A stretch of 30,259 nt of DNA from a virus (lineage: Duplodnaviria; Caudoviricetes). The stretch spans positions 1 through 30,259 of the IMG/VR virus record IMGVR_UViG_3300034411_000253; one strand, given 5' to 3'. Below, one piece after another: positions 1 to 8,400 of the stretch. Under the pieces are notes generated by a model that was not told the origin of the DNA, made no database searches, and saw only the letters and a list, made by a program, of their open reading frames with translations. Numbering within the stretch: the first letter of the stretch is position 1; every line of letters starts with the position of its first letter. The position numbers were made by a program, and so were the translations under genes.

Positions 1-2
1 CT

Positions 3-674
3 ATACCTTTTGAAGGTTTGCTTGCTCAGTTTGAAACTAGGAAAATATTTTCTCAGATTAAAATCGAAAGTGAAAGAGCCTCAAGAGATTTGGCGGAAAT
101 TTATGGAGAGCCTTTATGGTGTATTGGTACCGGTATGCGTAATACTCATCTCCGTGCTATTGCTCCTACTGTTTCTAATAGTAAGCTTAGTGGCAACGTT
201 AGTCCGGGTATTGAACCGTGGGCTGCAAATGTTTTTACAGAGCAGAGTTCGAAGGGGACTTTCATTAGGAAAAACCCAACATTAATAAAGTTATTAAGAA
301 AACATAAACTAAACAATGAAGAGATATGGAATAAAATATTGGCTGACGGTGGTAGCGTTCAAGGTTTATCTGAGCTTGACGATATTACAATGGGGCATGA
401 CATACCATCTAAAGAAGTTTTTAAAACATTTAAAGAGATCAATCAGCTGGAGCTCGTTACCCAAGCCGGATTAAGGCAACAGTACGTAGATCAATCAGTT
501 AGCTTAAACTTAGCTTTTCCAAGTGTTGCAACACCTAAATGGCTTAACAAAGTACACTTTGAGGCTTGGAAAAAAGGAGTTAAAACACTATATTACACTA
601 GAACTGAATCTGTGTTACGAGGTGATATAGCACAACAAGCAATGAGTGAAGATTGTTTGGCTTGTGATGGCTAA
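3..674 (+). CDS. nrdA: Ribonucleotide reductase class I alpha subunit, C-terminal part (5' truncated by window edge)
   Basis: Motifs AIAPT, GIEP, QQYVDQSVSLNL, KTLYY (tyrosine pair of the class I radical path) and C-terminal CxxC (DCLACDG). The frame is open from the window start (IPFEGLLAQ...), so TTG at 18 is not the true start. Confidence 0.95.
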   Translation: MPFEGLLAQFETRKIFSQIKIESERASRDLAEIYGEPLWCIGTGMRNTHLRAIAPTVSNSKLSGNVSPGIEPWAANVFTEQSSKGTFIRKNPTLIKLLRKHKLNNEEIWNKILADGGSVQGLSELDDITMGHDIPSKEVFKTFKEINQLELVTQAGLRQQYVDQSVSLNLAFPSVATPKWLNKVHFEAWKKGVKTLYYTRTESVLRGDIAQQAMSEDCLACDG

Positions 675-687
675 AGGCTAAAAGTTA

Positions 688-731
688 TGACTTTTTTATA
701 CATACAATAACTAATAGGTATAAAAAATTCA
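688..731. repeat. AT-rich inverted repeat (13 of 14 bp arms, 16-nt spacer)
   Basis: TGACTTTTTTATAC (688-701) and GTATAAAAAATTCA (718-731), with a perfect 10-bp core at 692-701 / 718-727. Confidence 0.6.
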
Positions 732-747
732 ATAATCTATACATATC

Positions 748-780
748 AAAAAAGGGCTCTCGTAATGAGGGCCCTTTCTG
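748..780. terminator. Intrinsic terminator, probably bidirectional, between convergent nrdA and the late operon
   Basis: Hairpin AAAGGGCTCTC-GTAAT-GAGGGCCCTTT (751-777). A6 run at 748-753 gives a U tract on the minus strand; TTTCT lies on the plus side. Confidence 0.8.
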
Positions 781-807
781 GTTACAGGAACTTTAGGTAT
801 GGTACGC

Positions 808-975
808 CTATTTTTTTTTGTTCCTTTCTTTTCTAAGCTTTAACCATTTGTCTATGGTGTAACCTATAGTGACTACTAATAGTAATATTTTTAAACCCAT
901 CTCTAATGTTGTAAATGTAGTTACCCCAAGAGTAGAGGCGTTTATAATGTATAATTTTACCTGGCCTGCATCCAT
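808..975 (-). CDS. Small membrane protein, 55 aa, holin candidate (not in ORF track)
   Basis: MDAGQVKLYIINASTLGVTTFTTLEMGLKILLLVVTIGYTIDKWLKLRKERNKKK has hydrophobic segments and a very basic C-tail. Its ATG overlaps the upstream stop (TAATG), and it is the last gene before the terminator, near the amidase. Confidence 0.7.
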   Translation of the reverse strand: MDAGQVKLYIINASTLGVTTFTTLEMGLKILLLVVTIGYTIDKWLKLRKERNKKK

Positions 976-1052
976 TATCTATATTTTTTAAACATTAATT
1001 TATATAATAATTTATTCCAGAAGTGCTGTAATTTGTCTATTAGTTTTTTCAT
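975..1052 (-). CDS. 25-aa amphipathic basic peptide (not in ORF track)
   Basis: MKKLIDKLQHFWNKLLYKLMFKKYR starts 4 nt after the previous stop, and its TAA overlaps the next ATG (TAATG), so it fills the gap exactly. Confidence 0.6.
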   Translation of the reverse strand: MKKLIDKLQHFWNKLLYKLMFKKYR

Positions 1053-1056
1053 TGTT

Positions 1057-1638
1057 TTATTGATTTTGATCTTTTATATTTTTAGCTGTTTTAATCCCTT
1101 TGTATCCATAATATAAACCTAATAAAGATTTAGTTGGGTTATTACTAACTTTTTTAACCGCGTTGTAAATAGGTTTGACTACTTTAGCTTTCTTTAAAAG
1201 TGCTGCTTTAGGATCTCCTTGTATTAAATCGTTTACTGTTGATGCCGTTAATACTGCTCCACTTGCCAATGCACCTATTTGAGACGCTGTATTAAAAGCT
1301 GAGCTCCTTGTTAACTCTTTTTTGACATCTTCTCTTTCAGATTCTTGTGCTCTTCTTAAATTAGAAAGACTACCGTAAACTCCATCTCTATCCCCTTGAT
1401 CTCTCATACCAAGTGATTCACGTATCCCTCCTCTTGTTTGGTTAACCAAAGCTCTTACTCCATCAAATGGATTACTAAGTAAAGTTCCTATTTGCTTAAA
1501 ATAACCGTCATCTGGGGTAGGCATACTTATAGTAGCAGGTGGATTTTTTGGATCTTCTGTCGCAAACTTATAATTATCTTGAGGCTTTTGTGCTGGTCCA
1601 AAATGAAAAGGTTTTATATTTCTTAGTTTATCTCTCAT
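1057..1638 (-). CDS. Hypothetical protein (about 193 aa), possibly virion-associated
   Basis: ORF in the operon. The start is more likely the ATG at 1638 (TAATG overlap with the upstream stop) than 1644. It has an Ala/Gly-rich hydrophobic stretch and a basic C-terminus. Confidence 0.7.
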   Translation of the reverse strand: MRDKLRNIKPFHFGPAQKPQDNYKFATEDPKNPPATISMPTPDDGYFKQIGTLLSNPFDGVRALVNQTRGGIRESLGMRDQGDRDGVYGSLSNLRRAQESEREDVKKELTRSSAFNTASQIGALASGAVLTASTVNDLIQGDPKAALLKKAKVVKPIYNAVKKVSNNPTKSLLGLYYGYKGIKTAKNIKDQNQ

Positions 1639-1898
1639 TACCATTTAACTTTATTAGCCCAGTAAGCTGCGCTCATTTTACCTTTAGCTATATTTTTTCC
1701 ATGACGAGCTTTAAAACTAGCTCTTCTAGCTTTTGATTTAGAATCTGTTTTCTTACCAGCTGTACTTACTCCTTGCTGACCAAACCTGATTATTTTTTCT
1801 CTACCATTTTCACATGCTTTAACTATGTGTGACTTGGTTTTGTGGCCTGGTGTTCTTCTTGGTTTATTACAAGATAGCGTTTTTTTATCTGTAGCCAT
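1638..1898 (-). CDS. Small basic phage protein (86 aa)
   Basis: K/R-rich, with the pattern IIRFGQQG...RRASFKARH...KMSAAYWANKVKW that I recall from aquatic virus hypothetical proteins. Translationally coupled at both ends (TAATG). Confidence 0.8.
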   Translation of the reverse strand: MATDKKTLSCNKPRRTPGHKTKSHIVKACENGREKIIRFGQQGVSTAGKKTDSKSKARRASFKARHGKNIAKGKMSAAYWANKVKW

Positions 1899-2044
1899 TA
1901 TTTTTTCTTTTTAGTAGGTTTGCAATCAGGAACCATTTTACCACCTTTCTTTTTAAACTGTGGTTTTCCGTTAACAATGTTGCTGTAACCTTTCCAACAG
2001 GTTGTTTTCTTTTTAGCAGGTCCTCCTATTATTCTATCTATCAT
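1898..2044 (-). CDS. Small basic phage protein (48 aa) with CWKGY...KKKGGKMVPDC motif
   Basis: The true start is probably ATG 2044 (MIDRIIGG...), 10 nt after the amidase stop; the track start at 2143 overlaps the amidase. The CWxGY...KxGKxVPxC motif is recalled from marine phage small proteins. Confidence 0.7.
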   Translation of the reverse strand: MIDRIIGGPAKKKTTCWKGYSNIVNGKPQFKKKGGKMVPDCKPTKKKK

Positions 2045-2054
2045 TTTTTTAGTT

Positions 2055-2480
2055 TTATATGTTACAATATTCTTTATAAGCGTCAAAGCACGGGCAACTT
2101 TTCGCGGCAAACTCATTGTGGCCGTGTATAGTAGCGTTAGCATGCATTTTTTTTAATGTTTTAAGAAGCAATAGTAAGCTTTCTTTTTGTTCAGGTGTTC
2201 TAGTATCTTTAGCTATCCATTTGCCATTAGAACCACGTTCTGATTCAACGCCTCCAATATAACAAATACCTATAGAACCTTTATTTTCATTCTTAACATG
2301 AGCACCTTGTTTGTATATAGAGCGACCATATTCTATAGTTCCATCTAGTAAAACTACGTAATGGTAACCTATTCCACTCCATCCTCTTTTTAAGTGCCAT
2401 CTATTTATTTCAGCAGCATCTAAATCTCTACCTTCCTGCGTGGCAGAGCAATGTACTATTATTTTATTTATTATTCTCAT
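2055..2480 (-). CDS. N-acetylmuramoyl-L-alanine amidase endolysin (Amidase_2, T7-lysozyme-like)
   Basis: Motifs IIVHCSAT, GWSGIGYHY, GAHVK, SIGICYIGG, HGHNEF and KSCPCF (Zn ligands His/His/Cys). ATGA overlap with the giant gene. Confidence 0.95.
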   Translation of the reverse strand: MRIINKIIVHCSATQEGRDLDAAEINRWHLKRGWSGIGYHYVVLLDGTIEYGRSIYKQGAHVKNENKGSIGICYIGGVESERGSNGKWIAKDTRTPEQKESLLLLLKTLKKMHANATIHGHNEFAAKSCPCFDAYKEYCNI

Positions 2481-5400
2481 TTTAAATCGTTGTATTTTTC
2501 TTCTAGTTTTTGCAACTTGAACGCAGGTGTTTTTATACCAGATTCTTTTTCTTTTTCATAAAGCTCCTGTCTTACTTCATCAGGTATCATGTATAAGATT
2601 TTTCTTCTATAAGCCTTGTATTCTTTTGATTTCTGCTTGTTTATTTTTCTAGTTTCTTTAGCTTTTTCCTTACCAGCTAATTTTCTAGCAGCTTTAGCTT
2701 TTGTTTTTATTAAATCGTGTTCTTCAATTTTAACACCTGTATCCCATGATCTCCAACCTAAAGCAAGAGCTAGTCTTTGCCACTGTGTATTCCTAGTATC
2801 TAAAGCTTCTGTTATAGAATTTACTTCGTCAACAGCTCTATCTAAGGGTAAGTTTAATGTTGCGGCGGATAAAGAACCTATCATGTTGTACGCAGGGCTT
2901 AACTGAAATTTACCATCTATCATAACATCAAAACCTCTTTCATTTATAACATCTTTCTCATATTGTAAAGTCTGTAATGCTGCATTTATTTTTCTAGCCT
3001 TAGAACCTATAGGTGGTGATATTTGAAGAGCAGCTAATATTATGTCTGCATTTTCCCTAGAGAATTGAGGTTTTTCTTGGTACTCAATAAATTCCCTTAT
3101 GGTGTTTTTAATAGTAACAGCTACAGCTCCTGCTAAACCAGATCCACGAACAATTGAATCAACCATACCGTTAGATATTCTAGCTATTTTATTTTCTTCG
3201 CCTCTAATTTTCTTTTCGTCGTACTTTTCTTTTTCTTTATCTGTTTCAAAATCCTCGTCTTCGTCATCAAATCCTGGTACTAAAGCAAACAATGCATTTT
3301 GAAGTGCGTTAAATATAAAGTTTTGTATAGCACCGTAATATAATATTTTAGATATGTTTTGTTTTTTACTACCTCTTCCATTTATAAGATCTTGACCAGC
3401 TTTTTTAATTAACCTAGTATACTGCATAGGTGTATTTTGAAAAGCTAAAACTAATCTACCTAAAACACTGGACTGTTGACCTGATATAAGCATTGGATCT
3501 GCAGACTGTTGTGTCTCATCTGATATAGCACTAAAGTCTTCAAAAGCTTTTGCTTCTGCTTCATCTGCTTCAAAACCTTGCTTTTTATAAGTATTAATTC
3601 TATTTCTATAAAAAGTTGCACCACCTGTAGATATAGCTATACTATCTGCTATTTGTGTTGGTGTAAAACCTATTTTAAGTAAGTAAGATATAACACCTGT
3701 CATTCCACCTTTTCTAGATGCTTGAGCAATTTCAGCTTCTTGTATATCACCTTCTAATCCAGATCTTCTTTGTTTTAGTTTATCTGAGTTAAATAACTTT
3801 ATAACATCTTTCCAATACTGAGGTTGATTTGCTAAAGCTAAAGCAGCTTGTGCTGGGTTGTTGTCTGACCAGTTAATAAAGTTAGCTGAAGACATTAGCT
3901 GTAATAACGCGGATCTTCTGTTGAAGAACATGATCGCGCCGACAGAATTGTTAACCCAATTATTCCAAGATTCTACTAACCTACCACCGCCACTTGTTTT
4001 GTTATTACCACTTTTCATTCTACGTATAGAATCTTCTAAAGCCTCTCTTACTCTAAATCCATATACCGCTTGTACTTTATTTAAGTTTTTTGGTGAAAAT
4101 ATTATATCTACATTTTCTATAAATTCGCTTAAGTATTCTTTTCTATTAACATCTCTACCAACTCTACTTAAATCACCTATTATAGTGCTAGCGTCCCAAA
4201 ATTCATTTGGCTCTACAAAAGTATCTAATCTAGTTACTAGCTCAACTCCATCGGCAAACTGCACCATGGATTCATTTTTAGATACTAAGTTTACAATCTT
4301 TGCTTGATCTGTTTTACTTAAACCTGGTATAGTAAACCCAGCTCTGTCCCATAAAAATATTCTTACAGCTTCATCTGTCGTATACTTGGTGCCTTCAAAT
4401 TTTTTTCTTAGTTTCTTTTTTATTTTTGGATACTTTTTTATTAAAGCTCTATAATCATTTGTTATCCTTTGCTTTGCTTGCTCTACAGCTCCAACGCCTC
4501 TCATGTAAGGTTTTATTAATGCTTTATCAAAAAATTCTTGATCAGCTTCACCTTGTTTACCTTTTCCAGCAAACGTATACATTGTTAAACCTCTAAAGTC
4601 ATCAGCTGACGGTGGTATAAAGAAAGAAAAACGTTTTTGTTTTTGACCTCTTCTTCTAGCTAGTGCGTCTGAAAAAGTAGCTTTAGCATCAACACCTTTG
4701 TTTCTTTCTATCATAGAGTTAAACTCGTCACTAAGCTTTTCGCTAAACTTTATTCTAGCTTGCTGTACTTTAGACTTAACATCTAAAACACTTAACACGT
4801 CTTTAACCGCTTTGACATTACCTAAGTGATCGTCTGTAAAATAAAAATCATTATATCCTTCAGCAAATTTACCTAACATCCAATCTGCTTTAGCTTGAGG
4901 TCTACCATCGGCTAATCCAGTTATATTTTTTAAAGGTATGTTTAAACCTAAGCTTCCTAAAAATTCTTTAATAGGGCCAGCTGCGTCTTGTGGTCTAGCT
5001 GTTAGTACAAATATATCTTCAGAACCTCTAGCGTCTTGTATCTTTTTTGCTACATCGAACAATGGCCCTTTCTTACCATTCATAACTTTACTGAACTCAG
5101 AAAAATCCCATACAGCTCCTTCTGCTTCCATTCTACCAGCGTCTTTAGCAAACGTACCAGCATCTATTTTACCTTTTGTACCATCAGGCATAGTGTATAA
5201 GACATTGCTTTTAGTTTGAGCTAATGTATCGTCAAAATCAAATACTCTAGCTTTTTTAATTTTCTCAGAGTACTTAGGGCTTCTAGCGTTTCTCATAGCT
5301 TTGTCAGCTATGTTGTCTTTTTTAACTTGCGATTTAGCTTCTGGTTTAAATGTACCTCTAATATAAGGACTACCATCTGCGTTTATATTGTATTTATTTT

Positions 5401-8400
5401 GGAAGTTAACACCATCAATGCTTATTAATCCTTTTGGATCTATACCTCCGTCTACAGTAGCTACTAGCTCGCTAAAATATCTATCGTACCACTTATTGTT
5501 TAACAAGTTCCAACCTATTGGCATTTCACTACGAAGTCCAACAGCTATTAGTTTTTTGTCCATAGCCTTGTCTAGCGATATAAGCTTGTAATTGTCTATA
5601 ACAAAATCATAAGCGCTTTCAAAAGCACTTTTAGATAAAGACACATCTAATAAATACAAATAAGCGGATGTAGCAGGCATAGCATGCTCGTATTCAAATC
5701 TGCTACCTGTAATTTTATTAGAGTAACCCACGAATTGAGCTCCAAGTTTATGCCAGTGTCCAGTGTCACTACCTGTTATTTTTAGATAATTACCTATTAC
5801 TTTAGCATTTTCCTTGTTTGACTGTATAGCTTTATTAAATCTATACCACATAGCTTGATGGATTTTCCCCACCTTTTTATTAAAAGCAGCTATATCACCT
5901 GATTTAACTTTTGCTTTTATAATTTCTTTTGTCTTAAAAAGTGTGTCGTAACCAGATATTGAAAAATCACTAACACCTCTTACAGGTGCACCGTATTTTT
6001 GATTAGTGTCTGTAGCAAGTTTTTTCATTTGATCTACGTAGTACTCTTTGTAAAGAGATTTAGCAATATCAGTTGTACCCAAAACTTTCGACGTTGGTGT
6101 AAATACAGTTCCATAATTACCTTTTTTATTTGGTTTTCCAAACCAAAAATCTTTAGGCATCAAAGGCAGTAAATTCTTTTTAACTTCAGCTACATATTTA
6201 TCTACGTCTTCTCTTGTTTTAAATTTAAAAGTACCATCTATACCATACGCTTTAAGCAATCCATCAACACCTCTTGTTTCTAACTTAAATACTGGGTTAG
6301 CTAGTATGCCTTTTACTTTTTCACTAAACTGAATATCAGATCTACCAGCGCCTATGTCTGCTTGTATTTGTTTAGGTGATCTAGAGGATCTTTGATTTAA
6401 CTTAGAGGCTTTATCTCTAGCTATAGTGTTAGCTACTATAGAACCTTTAAGCTTAGCTATACCACTTAAAAAAGTACCTATGTTTCTATCATACCTATTT
6501 AGTTGACCCATAGGTGTTATACCCATATCTTCTTGCAACTTCTTTACAGTTTCGTTAGATATAGTTCCAGTAAATTCAGGTTTTAATCTTCTCACAAAAG
6601 GTTGACTGCTTAATCCAGATGATCTTTCACCTGTTTTGTCAGCGTAAAAATAATTTAATACTCTACCTTTTAAACCTATAGATCTACCTTGAACGTCTTT
6701 AGATACAGGAATTTTTTCTCCTTTAGTCCCAACCTCAGATTCTTTTGAAGTTACATTTGTAGGAGGTAATAGCTTTATAAACTTTCTAACCTCTTGATCG
6801 TTTCTAAAGTCGTCTTGTATTCTACCTGCTTCAGAATTTTCAGGTATACCGTTTATTATTTTTTTAGCGTAAGTTAAGTTTGCGTTTTTATCAAGCTTAC
6901 CTTCTGATATGTTATAAATAGACGAAGCAATCTTAGTTCCAAATTTACTACTTATAGATTTAAAGTCAGCGTTAAAAGGAGCTATATCACTTTGAGATAT
7001 ATTAACTAGGTTTTCAAGTTTTTTAATATCTGGACTTACAATTTTAAACTTCCTAGGATCTATTTTAGATACTGTTTCTTTAGCTTCTCTAGCTTCTCTT
7101 TCTTCTAGCGTCTCGTTAGAATCTTGTGCAGCTATATCAAAGCCTACACCTATTCTAGTTTGTTTGAAATCTTTAGGTGCAAACTCTTGTTTGTAAAACT
7201 TGTTTGCTCGACCTGCTTTAAATACGTTAAATACGTATGTAGTAAAAGCTTGTTTATTACCATCTTTATCTACAGGTTTATAATTTTTTATAACGCTTTC
7301 AAATTCTGTAGCTACAAACTGAGATGCTTCATCAGCTAGTATATCACCTTTAGCAACATTGTAACCCATGGCATCTAAAGCTACTGATTGATATTGAGTA
7401 AAGAAGTCAAAATATTTATCACCTGTGTTAAATGAGCTAGGATCATTTTTATATTCAACAGCTAATTTGTTTACTGTAGATTTATCTGAAAACTTAGTAT
7501 CTTTACCTTCAAATTCTTGTAAAGCTTTTTTGGTTTTTTTACTTACCTTACCAGCTCTAAATGCCGCGTTATTAGCAGCTAGATAGCTTAAAGCTTTTTC
7601 TGGAGTGTTAAGTTTATTAGGGTTAGTGTTGTTAAACACTCTAGTCATAAAACTATCTTCTTGTTCTATCTGTACTTCATCTTCATAAGCATACAGATAC
7701 TCTTGCATATACTTAGTATATTCATCTCTGTACTTTTCACTATTCTCAAAAGTTAAGTTTTCGTCAGCATATAGATTGTCAAGCATGCTTCTAACGCTTT
7801 TATCTACAGCTTCTATAGCTTTATTATTTGTTTTAGCGGCTGCTGCGGCTAAGTTTTCAGCATATAGCTTTCTGTTCTCTGGTTTTATACGAGCATCATC
7901 AACTATGTGAGAAAATTCATGTAGTATAACTGTTCCAGCTTTAATTTGGCCTTTATCTAAATCTCTTTTTGCCTGATCTTTATCTTGTGTTATTATAGTG
8001 TTACCCATTACAGCACCATAAGTTTCACCATTATTGAATTTAGAAACAGCGTTTTTGTACTCTTCAGAATTAACATCTACACCTTGATTTTCAAGTGCTT
8101 CTTTTAGTTCTTCTTCTGTAGTATATTCTACAATTTTTACACTATTTATATCTGCAAATATATCACTAGCTTTAGCGCTTACGCCTTCTGCCACAGAAAT
8201 AGCTCTTGATCTATCTAAAGCCATTTGATCTCCAAGCTCTCTATATCTAACTTCTTTTTGTTTATTGTTTAAAGGCTTATCGTTTATAGTTTCGTTTTCT
8301 ACGATTTCTACAATCTCAGGATTTGCTTTTGCTGCTCTTTTACTTTCTCTGCTAACGCTCTCTCTTACGTGGTTTATAACAGCTACTATTTGGTCTTCAG

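Noticed and set aside
10-285. 91-aa plus-strand ORF
   Set aside because: Out-of-frame shadow within nrdA.
2045-2143. N-terminal extension of the 81-aa ORF in the track
   Set aside because: It overlaps the amidase C-terminus in another frame; ATG 2044 with an A-rich leader is the better start.
5225-5242. FDFDD as a crAss-type RNA polymerase catalytic DxDxD motif
   Set aside because: It is DxDDT preceded by a hydrophobic strand and followed by HAD motifs II-IV at the right spacing, so it is a HAD phosphatase motif.
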